Shown here: in pieces, positions 63,939 through 64,000 of the stretch | How the letters are laid out: every line of letters begins with the position of its first letter | Numbering within the stretch: the first letter of the stretch is position 1 | Assembly (NCBI GenBank): GCA_965112735.1 | Contig: OZ218951.1 | Location: forward strand, 4,588,001 to 4,652,000 | Length of the DNA: 64,000 nt | Direction of reading: 5' to 3' | Origin: Phaeosaccion multiseriatum | Lineage: Eukaryota > Protista > Ochrophyta, other classes | Notes under the pieces: generated by a model | Seen by the model: only the letters and a program-made list of their open reading frames with translations | Database searches by the model: none | Told to the model about the DNA's origin: nothing | Made by a program: the position numbers and the translations under genes

Positions 63939-64000
63939 CTCACGCGGGGCGGCTTTGCTTGCAGGTCCTCCTGGATGGGTGCGAAAGAGTAGGCGCCCTG
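63340..64000 (-). CDS. Probable 3' part of a gene entering from the right edge (unknown product)
   Basis: Exon-like RAPTLFAPIQEDLQAKPPR with a GTGAG donor at ~63943, followed by a (TC)n intron. Downstream exon structure unclear. Confidence 0.35.
63611..63938. repeat. (GA)n/(GGGA) array, probably intronic
   Basis: Read directly. Confidence 0.9.

Overview
Eukaryotic nuclear DNA, GC-rich and gene-dense, with GT-AG introns filled with microsatellites ((CA)n, (TACA)n, (TCC)n, (GGGA)n, (TAG)n, (GACA)n). Most of the supplied ORFs are artefacts of those repeats. The gene content and two apparent signal+transit presequences suggest a flagellated alga with a secondary plastid, probably an ochrophyte stramenopile (inference). 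Manual splicing supports about 16 genes: a PWWP-like protein (partial), GPC1/DUF2838, an IQM-family protein, MgtE, RP2/TBCC, a secreted Cys-rich protein, a probably inactive mitochondrial rhomboid, a ~3,750-aa coiled-coil/Ig-like/RCC1 protein, a ZC3H11-like CCCH protein, acetyl-CoA synthetase with PTS1, an ankyrin protein, NC2-beta/Dr1, an ApaH/PrpE-type metallophosphoesterase, a ZIP transporter, Rpp14/Pop5 and a partial gene at the right edge. Two signals are not explained by these genes. (1) A dispersed DNA-level micro-repeat, (CAG)n-TTGGTGATA-(CAG)n, occurs about 40 times (counted by eye) in exons, introns and intergenic DNA, on both strands and in four different reading frames. (2) A family of ~210-270 bp TIR elements starts with TCGGCCC, and each member carries doublets of a different heptamer. 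A decayed pogo-like transposon is also visible. All family calls come from motif recognition by eye; no database search was run.
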